Shown here one piece after another: positions 9,738 to 21,707 of a stretch of 64,000 bases of DNA (position 1 is the stretch's first letter; each line of letters starts with the position of its first letter). The position numbers and the translations under genes were made by a program. Below the pieces are notes generated by a model. It made no database searches. It saw nothing but the letters and a program-made list of their open reading frames with translations, and had not been told where the DNA came from. Origin of the DNA: Klebsiella phage fENko-Kae01. The stretch lies in sequence record OR228459.1; one strand, given 5' to 3'.

Positions 9738-10429
9738 TGAATGTACAAACCCAAATTGCACAAGTAGCTAATTTTATGAAAGCTGCTGGTCAAGAAATCA
9801 ATATTACACCAACAGCAGTAAGTCTAGGTGTTGCAAATCTACGTTATAATCTAATCATTGAAGAGATCGCAGGTAGGAATGAATTTCAATACTGTTCCGA
9901 ACGTGACGACATTGTTGGTATGCTAGATGGTCTATGTGATATTCTTTATGTTGTATATGGTGCAGCACTAACTTTTGGTGTTAAAATTAAAAGTACTGAA
10001 GTAGCTCATGGCATCGCGGCTGGTAAATTAGCTCCTGCACATATTTCAATTGACGCAGCTAAGAATATGATTTTCGATAGTGATCAATTTGTAGTAGGAT
10101 ACAAAACAGGAAATCTACATCTAGTAGAACAATCATTAACGAACATTGTTAATGTTGTTTATGAGTATGCTCGTGTGATTAATGTTGATTTATCTGGTGC
10201 ATTCAATGAAGTTCATCAATCTAACATGAGCAAGTTCAGCCCTACTAAAGAACACGCAGAAGAAAGTGCAGCGACTCGTCTAATTAAAGGTGATGAGAAA
10301 TATCGCAATATTTATGTTGACAGTGTAACTATTGATGGTGAAACATTGTGGATGATCAAACGCACTGAAGATAACAAGATTCTAAAAAGTCTTAATTTCT
10401 TTGAGCCTGATCTAAAAAAATATGTATAA
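9731..10429 (+). CDS. putative MazG-like (all-alpha) nucleoside triphosphate pyrophosphohydrolase
   Basis: EEIAG...E...D...LDGLCDIL resembles the MazG/dCTPase E-x2-E-x12-D-x3-E/D metal-binding arrangement; weak motif-level call. Confidence 0.35.
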   Translation: MVMNVQTQIAQVANFMKAAGQEINITPTAVSLGVANLRYNLIIEEIAGRNEFQYCSERDDIVGMLDGLCDILYVVYGAALTFGVKIKSTEVAHGIAAGKLAPAHISIDAAKNMIFDSDQFVVGYKTGNLHLVEQSLTNIVNVVYEYARVINVDLSGAFNEVHQSNMSKFSPTKEHAEESAATRLIKGDEKYRNIYVDSVTIDGETLWMIKRTEDNKILKSLNFFEPDLKKYV

Positions 10430-10430
10430 A

Positions 10431-10460
10431 GAAAAAGGAGGCTTTTGCCTCCTTTAATTA
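10431..10460. terminator. bidirectional intrinsic terminator between convergent genes
   Basis: AAAAAGGAGGC-TTTT-GCCTCCTTT palindromic hairpin flanked by A/T tracts on both sides. Confidence 0.6.
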
Positions 10461-10462
10461 TG

Positions 10463-11866
<1,404 letters not shown>

Positions 11867-11912
11867 TTATTTTGTTTTTGTTATGTAACTATTTAGCAAC
11901 AAAATATGATTT

Positions 11913-11944
11913 TTTGGGACAAATCGGAAATGATGTGATATAAT
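11913..11944 (+). promoter_or_regulatory. conserved promoter class (TTGGGACAAA-N10-TGTGATATAAT)
   Basis: exact match to the repeated promoter architecture. Confidence 0.6.
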
Positions 11945-11974
11945 ATAAAAACATACAACTAACGAGGAACATAT

Positions 11975-12388
11975 ATGTTGGATATTGTTGTAAATCTTAT
12001 AGGTATAATATTCTTTACAATATTAGCGGCTTCTGGCTTTACACTAACTGCACAAATATTTTTGTGGGTGAGTGTCTTTGTTTTTTCTGTTCTAACATTC
12101 ATCGCATGGATTACGGTAGAACATAACAAAAATCTTTATAAAAGTGGAAAAAGATTATCAAAAGATTTTATTCAAATGATACCACTTTTAGCAAATACAG
12201 ATTTTGATACAAAATGTGCACACATTTTCTGTGCAAGTATTATTATTGCAATCATTGCATTTTACTTACTACATGTTGTATTTCTATCAATTGCAGTTAT
12301 AGCAGTAATGATTTTACGCATTGTAGTACTACAGAATATAAAGGAGTTTATTCGTAATGTCGAAAATGATCCTAGCCACGAACAGTAA
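11975..12388 (+). CDS. hypothetical polytopic membrane protein
   Basis: 137 aa, about 4 predicted TM helices; GAGGAA RBS. Confidence 0.45.
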   Translation: MLDIVVNLIGIIFFTILAASGFTLTAQIFLWVSVFVFSVLTFIAWITVEHNKNLYKSGKRLSKDFIQMIPLLANTDFDTKCAHIFCASIIIAIIAFYLLHVVFLSIAVIAVMILRIVVLQNIKEFIRNVENDPSHEQ

Positions 12389-12860
12389 TGGTGGAATTGG
12401 TATAAACAATACGATTCCTTGGCATAGTTCAGCAGATTTTAAACACTTCAAAGAAGAGACTATGGATAAAATCGTTATTATGGGTTTTAACACTTGGAAG
12501 TCTCTACCTAAACGCCCACTACCCGGACGATTAAACATCGTCCTTCTTTCTCGCGAGTACAGTAAAGAGAACCGTGATGATGTTGACAAAGACACTTCGG
12601 TACTCTTTCTTGATATCGAAAATTTAGAAAGTATTATTGCTAATAACCCCGATTGTGTTGTCATCGGTGGAGCTAAAATTTATGAAGAAGCAATAAAGTA
12701 TGTTGATACAATTGTACTAAGTATAATTGAGGGGGAGCATGAGTGTGATACCTTTTTTAATATTCACACCCATGCAAGGGAAGAGAATGTTCATTTAGAA
12801 TTGGGTTTGGTTAAAATGTTAGATGATGGAACTATGGTAGAATATTGGAATACTATATAA
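12357..12860 (+). CDS. frd: dihydrofolate reductase
   Basis: GIGINNTIPWHSSADFKHFKEETMDKIVIMGFNTWKSLP..PLPGRLNIVLS matches the DHFR fold; AAGGAG RBS. Confidence 0.85.
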   Translation: MSKMILATNSNGGIGINNTIPWHSSADFKHFKEETMDKIVIMGFNTWKSLPKRPLPGRLNIVLLSREYSKENRDDVDKDTSVLFLDIENLESIIANNPDCVVIGGAKIYEEAIKYVDTIVLSIIEGEHECDTFFNIHTHAREENVHLELGLVKMLDDGTMVEYWNTI

Positions 12861-12874
12861 TTGGGGTATAAAGG

Positions 12875-13309
12875 ATGTATACGATTTACACTGATGGATC
12901 ATGTTTAGGCAATCCGGGGCCGGGTGGTGTTGGGATTGTAGTACTTAAAGATGGAGAGGAAATTGGTCGCTTCTCTTTTGGTGAGAAGCACACCACTAAC
13001 AACCGAATGGAACTACTTGCAGCCATGAGTGGAATTGCATACGTTAAAGAAACTTTTGGTTATGATAGTAAGATAAAGGTAATAACTGATTCTCAATATG
13101 TCGTGAACGGAATGACACAATGGAGACATGGTTGGAAGAAAACAAATTGGAAAGGTTGTAAAAAGAATCTAGATTTGTGGAAAGAGATTGATGTTTTGGG
13201 GGATGATTGTGAATTTGGATGGGTTCGCGGTCATAACAAAGACCATTACAATGAAATAGCTGATGACTTAGCACAAGCAGCAGCACATGAGGCGAAGGAG
13301 ACGCAATGA
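12875..13309 (+). CDS. rnhA: ribonuclease HI (bacterial RnhA type)
   Basis: IYTDGSCLGNPGPGG...TTNNRMEL...ITDSQYV...GWKK..W near-collinear with E. coli RNase HI. Confidence 0.88.
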   Translation: MYTIYTDGSCLGNPGPGGVGIVVLKDGEEIGRFSFGEKHTTNNRMELLAAMSGIAYVKETFGYDSKIKVITDSQYVVNGMTQWRHGWKKTNWKGCKKNLDLWKEIDVLGDDCEFGWVRGHNKDHYNEIADDLAQAAAHEAKETQ

Positions 13310-14652
13310 GTAATATCACGCTTACGGACAAGCAACAAGAAGTATATGATGATTTCATAGACCGAGTACACAACTTTCCGGGTCGTTCCGAATGTGTTCT
13401 AGTTGGTTATGCTGGTACTGGTAAAACAACACTAGTAGCTGAAATTGTCGAAAGTTTATATAGAGGCTATAATATAGCTGTAACATCACCAACACATAAA
13501 GCAAACTCGGTCATCCGAAAAATGCTTACACAAAATGTTGGCCTAAGTGCACAAGATGCACAAGTAAGTACTATCCATTCTTTTTTAGGATTGAAACTAG
13601 TTTATGAAAAAAATCGTCAAGTACTAAAGCATGATCCACAATCGAAAAATAGTACATCTATGGTTGATGTTCTTATCGTCGATGAATGTTCTATGATTTC
13701 TGAAGAATTGTATCAGCATATCGTTGACCAGATGTATCGTGTTCGACGTGCTATTTTGTTCGTGGGAGATTCCTGTCAGTTACCACCCGTTGAAGCGGAA
13801 GGTACTATTGGTGAATCTAAACTAAGTCCGACCTTTAATGTACCAGTAAAATATGAACTTACTGAAGTACTTCGTCAAGCGTTGGATAATCCAATTATTA
13901 GTATCGCAACTGCGATTCGTGAGTGTATTGGAACTAATGGTGATCCATTGTCAATCCTTGATACAACTTACGGACTTGATACCATCATCCCAATAGATGA
14001 TGAACAAGTATTCTTGGATGTATATAAAGAAATGATTCTTGAGCATAAGGGTTCGTCTAAGAAAATCTTTGATTTTGTTCAAGAAAATAAGATTATTGCG
14101 TACACAAACTATCGTGTTAGCCTTTCTAATATTTATATCCGAAGCGAATTATTTGATAAACATCAAGACGTTGAATTCGTAAAAGGTGAACCAATTGTCT
14201 TTGATACTGTTACTGAGAACTGCCCCTATGCGAATCAGGAAATTATTCAATGTCCTGAAGTACGCAAAGAGAGTTTCTTGGGGATTGATTGTTGGCAATT
14301 CAAACTACCTAATGGTAACTATATTCTAGGTGTTGGGCCAGAGTCAAAACAAGGTCTCGACGACTACTTAGATGATTTGGTGAAGAAGATTGAAAAGAAA
14401 GATATGAATCCTCTAACCAAACGTGCATATCAATGGCAAGACTATTACATTATCAAAAACAAAATCAACATCATTAACTATCCATATGCTACGACAGCAC
14501 ATAAATCACAAGGTAGTACTTTTGATAATATTTGGTTTGATACTGATTTCATCGAACGCATTCGTAATAATGATACCAAATGTCGTATCATTTATACTGC
14601 GATGACTCGCCCACGATACAATGTTATGTTCCGTAAAAATGGAATGTTCTAA
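13306..14652 (+). CDS. dda: SF1B DNA helicase, Dda-like
   Basis: Walker A GYAGTGKTT, Walker B LIVDECSM, C-terminal SF1 motifs (TAHKSQGSTFD). Confidence 0.8.
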   Translation: MSNITLTDKQQEVYDDFIDRVHNFPGRSECVLVGYAGTGKTTLVAEIVESLYRGYNIAVTSPTHKANSVIRKMLTQNVGLSAQDAQVSTIHSFLGLKLVYEKNRQVLKHDPQSKNSTSMVDVLIVDECSMISEELYQHIVDQMYRVRRAILFVGDSCQLPPVEAEGTIGESKLSPTFNVPVKYELTEVLRQALDNPIISIATAIRECIGTNGDPLSILDTTYGLDTIIPIDDEQVFLDVYKEMILEHKGSSKKIFDFVQENKIIAYTNYRVSLSNIYIRSELFDKHQDVEFVKGEPIVFDTVTENCPYANQEIIQCPEVRKESFLGIDCWQFKLPNGNYILGVGPESKQGLDDYLDDLVKKIEKKDMNPLTKRAYQWQDYYIIKNKINIINYPYATTAHKSQGSTFDNIWFDTDFIERIRNNDTKCRIIYTAMTRPRYNVMFRKNGMF

Positions 14653-14855
14653 TGAAAGATAAAGAAGAATATGAATATCAAGCTCATAAATTCGTGTTCA
14701 GTAAAACCGTTGGTAAACAGTACTGCGTATATTGTGGTTTAGTGAATACCAATAATGATTTCACGAAATGGGCGGTAGGAAAAGGGTGTTTGAATGCTTT
14801 ACACCCTTCATATAAAAGTGTTAAACGGAAATACACTAATCGTTTTGATTTTTAA
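14652..14855 (+). CDS. hypothetical small Cys-containing protein
   Basis: 67 aa, CVYCG...C pattern. Confidence 0.4.
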   Translation: MKDKEEYEYQAHKFVFSKTVGKQYCVYCGLVNTNNDFTKWAVGKGCLNALHPSYKSVKRKYTNRFDF

Positions 14856-14893
14856 AAATAAATAAGAAAAAGTGTTCTTTATGGAGAAATAAG

Positions 14894-15433
14894 ATGAACA
14901 ATTTATTCAAAGCATTTACAATCAAGGTTCCCGGTCAAGATCTAGATGATAAGCGTTTCTTCGAGTATGAAGATTTCGATTCATCCGATATGACCACACC
15001 AACTGACGAACAAGTGCTAGCGAAAGCTATCGCTTATACTCGTATGCAACAAATCAAGCGTAAGCTATCAGAACTAACTGTACCAATTTATTGCACTGTT
15101 GAATTTGCAACAGAAGGTACAGCAAGTACTGTTCCATCAGATGCTACTATTACTGTTGGTTACATTAGCTACGAGCCATTTGTTAGTACTGCTGACCCGA
15201 TTCCAGATGAAGAATCTGCACAAATTACTGCTGCTGAAGAGGCAATCAAGAAAATCATTGATGATGCAATGGGTAGTGAACTAGTTCAAGAAATGGCTGC
15301 TGTACAGAAAATCACATCACGTACTATTACGCCTCTACTAACTAAGGAAGAAAGTTATCGTGATGTATATATGGATTACATTGATGTACCTTCCGTCACC
15401 GTATCCAGTACTGTAGCATTCGTTAAACTATAA
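14894..15433 (+). CDS. hypothetical protein
   Basis: 179 aa, AGAAATAAG then ATG. Confidence 0.5.
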   Translation: MNNLFKAFTIKVPGQDLDDKRFFEYEDFDSSDMTTPTDEQVLAKAIAYTRMQQIKRKLSELTVPIYCTVEFATEGTASTVPSDATITVGYISYEPFVSTADPIPDEESAQITAAEEAIKKIIDDAMGSELVQEMAAVQKITSRTITPLLTKEESYRDVYMDYIDVPSVTVSSTVAFVKL

Positions 15434-15443
15434 TATTTTTAGC

Positions 15444-15656
15444 ATGGAGTCTATTGACATGGAACAGAAAGCCTTTTATAATCGTATGTATGAAAACCGT
15501 GAAGCATTTGAAAAAGTGATTTACGAGTTGGAACAAATGATTGACCAAGCACCTAATGCTCGCACACGCACCCAAGCTGAGTTGGCTAAGAACCAACTTA
15601 TTCAGGTACAAATGATTGCTGATGCATTTCGTGAATATAGTAACAAAAAGGGTTGA
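15444..15656 (+). CDS. hypothetical small protein
   Basis: 70 aa ORF. Confidence 0.4.
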   Translation: MESIDMEQKAFYNRMYENREAFEKVIYELEQMIDQAPNARTRTQAELAKNQLIQVQMIADAFREYSNKKG

Positions 15657-15668
15657 CAGCCCTTTTTA
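15645..15668 (+). terminator. hairpin plus T-tract with a TTGACA -35 in its loop (terminator-promoter fusion)
   Basis: AAAAAGGG-TTGACAG-CCCTTTTT. Confidence 0.4.
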
Positions 15669-15681
15669 AATGACATATAAT
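15653..15681 (+). promoter_or_regulatory. sigma70-type promoter
   Basis: TTGACA-17 bp-TATAAT upstream of the IF3-like gene. Confidence 0.6.
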
Positions 15682-15715
15682 ATACATAACTTAATACGAC
15701 TGGAGTCTATAATAC

Positions 15716-16222
15716 ATGAAAGAAATTATTGCCAATAAAGAAATCAAAGCTAAAACTGTTCGTCTAGTCACTGGCAGTGGTAGTGATGTAGTGGCAATTT
15801 CAGAAGCACTTAACCGTGCTGACGCATTGGGTCTTGACCTCATTCAAGTGAATGATGGTGATGTGCCTGTGGTTAAAATTGTGGATTTGAACAAACACAA
15901 GTTCGAACTCAAACAAGCAGAAAAAGAAGCACAACGTAAGCAGCGTCAGAACGTAACGCAAGTTAAAGAAGTTCAGTTCTCTTTCAAAACACAAGAGAAT
16001 GATCTTAAAGTAAAAGCGAAATCTGCTTCCAAATTCCTTTCAGAAGGAAAACATGTTCGTGTCGTAATGGCAGTTGAAGGGCGTATCGCTGGTAACCAAG
16101 CACTACTAGAACAGAATACATCCTTCTTGAAACAATTCGTAAATCGTCTCGGTGATGTAGAATTTGTTCAAAATGTTGAAGTACAGGGCAAAAAAGCCAC
16201 GTGTGTAATCAAGAACAAATAA
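15716..16222 (+). CDS. infC: translation initiation factor IF-3 homolog
   Basis: 168 aa, collinear with bacterial IF3 N- and C-domains (EIKAKTVRL...DLIQV..P.VKI.D..K; Q..VTQVKEVQF; L.EGKHVRVV). Confidence 0.8.
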   Translation: MKEIIANKEIKAKTVRLVTGSGSDVVAISEALNRADALGLDLIQVNDGDVPVVKIVDLNKHKFELKQAEKEAQRKQRQNVTQVKEVQFSFKTQENDLKVKAKSASKFLSEGKHVRVVMAVEGRIAGNQALLEQNTSFLKQFVNRLGDVEFVQNVEVQGKKATCVIKNK

Positions 16223-16234
16223 CGAGGTATTAAT

Positions 16235-16786
16235 ATGAAACAACTTGAAGTACAGGAAGTATTCTCCCTAGATTCATATAGTGTTATCAAAGCATCTTAT
16301 GGGGAATCTAATTATTACATCGCTGGTAAACATGACATTACTGACTACGTTAATGCTGTAGCACGTGGTTCACAAGAGCGTAATGTCAATAAGAATGTAC
16401 TTGAAGAAGGTTTACGTTTATTCTTCAGGCATAATCCCGAAAAAGATGTACTTAATGTACCCACATTCGACCTAGTACTGTATGATGACCCAAACACTTC
16501 TGCTGAATATGTTATGGAAATGTGTATGGATCTATTTCATTACAATGAGGAACAGGCAGAAGCAGTTGTTAAAGCTCTAAACGGTAAAGAACATTGCTAT
16601 GCAGTTGGCTCTTTCACTGAAGAAATGTGTATTACTTATGCATCAATGTTCATGAATGGAAATCAGCAGCTAAATCAAAATCTTGGGGTTGACTATATCC
16701 CCAATCCAATTAAGCCTCAAAGCTATGAAGCAGCGATGGCAACGTTAGAAAACTTAATCCGTCGCGATTACCCTAACGATATCTAA
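16235..16786 (+). CDS. clpS: ClpS-like ClpAP adaptor domain protein with ~70-aa N-terminal extension
   Basis: C-terminal half (PTFDLVLYDDPNTSAEYVMEMCMDLFHY..EQAEAVV...G...VGSFTEEMC) matches the ClpS core. Confidence 0.72.
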   Translation: MKQLEVQEVFSLDSYSVIKASYGESNYYIAGKHDITDYVNAVARGSQERNVNKNVLEEGLRLFFRHNPEKDVLNVPTFDLVLYDDPNTSAEYVMEMCMDLFHYNEEQAEAVVKALNGKEHCYAVGSFTEEMCITYASMFMNGNQQLNQNLGVDYIPNPIKPQSYEAAMATLENLIRRDYPNDI

Positions 16787-16793
16787 TCAAATA

Positions 16794-18948
<2,155 letters not shown>

Positions 18949-21585
18949 ATGCCTAGTAAATCAAAAGCACAAGCAAGATTCTTCGCGGCAGCAGCACACA
19001 ACCCTGACTTTGCTAAAAAAGCAGGGATTTCATCTAGTGCAGCCAAAGAATGGAATCAGGCAGATAAAAAAGCAGGAACTCTCAAGAAAGGTTCCAAAAA
19101 ACCAGAACGTGTTAAAGAAGAAATCCTCGACGAAGAAATTCTAGATGAAGCGAGTGGTGTTGGTAATTTTCCAGTACCACCATCTTCAATGAAGTTAATT
19201 AGAAAATATGCTTCATCTATTCTTTTAACATATGCATATAAATCCTATCAGAAATATGCTAACAGTACTGACGATGATGAATTGGATAAGCTAGCAGCTA
19301 AGAAGATTTTACCATTCTTACAACGTTTCCAGAAGAAATTCGATGCTTCAGTACTAAATGATGCAAGTATGAAGCGTTATGTTAACCAAAGTATTAGTGT
19401 ACCATTAGATCACGAAGCTGTGTTTAATGAGTTGCCTAAATCTTTGCAAACAGAAAAAGTTCATGCTATTATTAATAAAATGCGTCTATTCATTACATTC
19501 GATGCACGATATGGCAGTAGGGCTGGTGGTCATGCTAGACAGATCAATGCAAACACAACAGAAATTGTATTGGCACTACATCCAAGTTATTATGAATTTA
19601 GCGTTGCTGGTGGTACTGATAGTCTAGAAAATACTATGCACCAATTACAATATTTCATGAGCGGAATTGACCATGAAGTACAACATGCTTTTCAACAGAT
19701 TGTAACTGCTCAAGTAAGTTCTGAAAATGATAAGAATAGAGAACAGAAACAAGGTTATGGTAGTATGGACGATGCATATTTTGCAAGTGGTGTTGAATTT
19801 GGCCCACAAACACAAGATATGATTAACATTGCCAATCACTGGCTTGAAATTCAAAATGATGAAGGGAAACTATCCGGTAAGCCAAATGTGGATATTTCAA
19901 ACGCGATTAAGTACGTTATGAATCGCATGAAAACAACACAGGGTCGTATCTATAAAGCATTAATGAATTATAAAGAAGATGGTAGAGCCAAAAAACACTT
20001 AGCATTAATTTATAAAGGTATTGCTAAAGAGTACGAAAATATTTTAAATCAAGAAGAACACGGTGATTTAGATTTAGAACCAAAAGAAGTTGATGGTGGT
20101 GATGCAGAAAATCGCGTATACCATTCAAATACAAATGGCCCAGATGATGAAGCTGATCCAAATAATCCGATGGTTAAGATTTATCGCAAGTTAGAACGCT
20201 ACGGCATGTTGCCATATAGTATAGAAGAGAAACGTGAACATGGTAAAAGAGTTGATATAACTCAAAACCCATATAACGACCCATCTAATATGGTTTATGC
20301 AACAACTGATGGCGGTATTGTGCGTTTCTGGCATCGCAATAACGTAATTGAAATTCAAGCGTGGTCTGATGGTAAAAACCCTTCAGATGGAAATATGGTT
20401 TCAGTTAATATTCCTGAAGATAAAGTATCTATTGTCATTGATAATTCAAATATGTTTGATAATTTTAAATCCATTGAGAACTTCACAAAAACTGCGGAAC
20501 AAGATATGAATGCAGTTACTATGTCTATCGATGAAATAGCAGATCAATTCCAATCATGGTACGATAATGCGGCTTTCTGGTATGATGATACTGAAGGTAA
20601 AGGTTTAAACTTTGAATTAGATGAAGGAACAGTGTTCTTTAATTTAAAAGGAACACGTTATTCAATGTATATTCAAGAAGCATTAAAAGATGCAGCAGTA
20701 CTTTACAATACTACAACAGAAGAAGAAATTGGATACATTAAGTACTCAGATCTTGAAGAGGTAATGACTTCTATTTTCTCTTTATATTTCCAAGGAACAG
20801 AACGTCAATTCAACAGGCTAATTAAAAATCTAGGAACAAGCTCAGGATATATTGATATGAAATCTTTAGATGAAACATGGAAATATGTTGTTGATAGTTC
20901 CAAGAAGCCAGTAGAAGAATCGTCTATGCGTGGTTTCATGGATTTAGTACAAGATGCGGAAATTGCAGATAGTATTGATCAAGCTGATAAAATGACACTT
21001 TCAAATCTAGAGCGTCGTAAAGCTAAAAAAAGTAATGATAATATCAATCAATTAGGAGAAGAAGAACAATTAGATGAAATGCCACAGCGTTTTGATTCAT
21101 TCCAAGATCAAAATCCTGATGAATTTGTTGATAAAACCGCTGAACTAACTGGTAAGAGTAATTTAGTTCCTTTTTCCGAGCATCCAAACTTTACCGTAAT
21201 GCGTAATAAGAACTATACTGGTTTTATTGCATTTGATAAAGAAGGTAAGCAAATTGCTGTAGTTAGTGGTTATCTATCACAAGATGCTGTACTAGGTGTT
21301 AAGAATGTATTTGAAGTAGCTGCGACCGCATCTAAGACTTCAGTTAAAGGTGTTATGTATCAAATCTTCATGGATATGATTAACGCTGGTATTTCAGTAC
21401 TAAGCGACACTTTACATTCTGATAGTGCTATTAAATTCTGGACTCGCTTAATCAGTTCACATAATGTATATGTTGTGGGTGATGGTGAAGTTCTAGCAAA
21501 AGCAACACCAGAAAAAGTACACAAGTACTGGAGTGATGATGAGAACAGCCCAAGTGCTGAACTTCAACTTCTCTTAACGAAGTGA
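18949..21585 (+). CDS. large protein with DUF3008-like N-terminus and HExxH motif (paralog 2)
   Basis: 878 aa; N-terminal SKAQARFFAAAAHN; HEVQH plus DDAYFASGVEFGPQTQDMINIA aligns with the upstream paralog. Confidence 0.5.
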   Translation: MPSKSKAQARFFAAAAHNPDFAKKAGISSSAAKEWNQADKKAGTLKKGSKKPERVKEEILDEEILDEASGVGNFPVPPSSMKLIRKYASSILLTYAYKSYQKYANSTDDDELDKLAAKKILPFLQRFQKKFDASVLNDASMKRYVNQSISVPLDHEAVFNELPKSLQTEKVHAIINKMRLFITFDARYGSRAGGHARQINANTTEIVLALHPSYYEFSVAGGTDSLENTMHQLQYFMSGIDHEVQHAFQQIVTAQVSSENDKNREQKQGYGSMDDAYFASGVEFGPQTQDMINIANHWLEIQNDEGKLSGKPNVDISNAIKYVMNRMKTTQGRIYKALMNYKEDGRAKKHLALIYKGIAKEYENILNQEEHGDLDLEPKEVDGGDAENRVYHSNTNGPDDEADPNNPMVKIYRKLERYGMLPYSIEEKREHGKRVDITQNPYNDPSNMVYATTDGGIVRFWHRNNVIEIQAWSDGKNPSDGNMVSVNIPEDKVSIVIDNSNMFDNFKSIENFTKTAEQDMNAVTMSIDEIADQFQSWYDNAAFWYDDTEGKGLNFELDEGTVFFNLKGTRYSMYIQEALKDAAVLYNTTTEEEIGYIKYSDLEEVMTSIFSLYFQGTERQFNRLIKNLGTSSGYIDMKSLDETWKYVVDSSKKPVEESSMRGFMDLVQDAEIADSIDQADKMTLSNLERRKAKKSNDNINQLGEEEQLDEMPQRFDSFQDQNPDEFVDKTAELTGKSNLVPFSEHPNFTVMRNKNYTGFIAFDKEGKQIAVVSGYLSQDAVLGVKNVFEVAATASKTSVKGVMYQIFMDMINAGISVLSDTLHSDSAIKFWTRLISSHNVYVVGDGEVLAKATPEKVHKYWSDDENSPSAELQLLLTK

Positions 21586-21607
21586 AAATCTGAAAGATAA
21601 ATAAAAT

Positions 21608-21641
21608 CGGAAGCATCCTGTGATGTTTCCGATATTTTTTT
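21608..21641 (+). terminator. intrinsic terminator
   Basis: CGGAAGCATC-CTGT-GATGTTTCCG then ATATTTTTTT. Confidence 0.6.
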
Positions 21642-21670
21642 GAGACAAAGAAGCAAAAATGTGATATAAT
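21642..21670 (+). promoter_or_regulatory. conserved promoter class, variant box GAGACAAA
   Basis: GAGACAAAG-N10-TGTGATATAAT with the same spacing as the CTTGGGACAAA class. Confidence 0.5.
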
Positions 21671-21707
21671 ATTAGAGCTAAGAAACAAAGAGACAAGGAC
21701 AGCAAAA

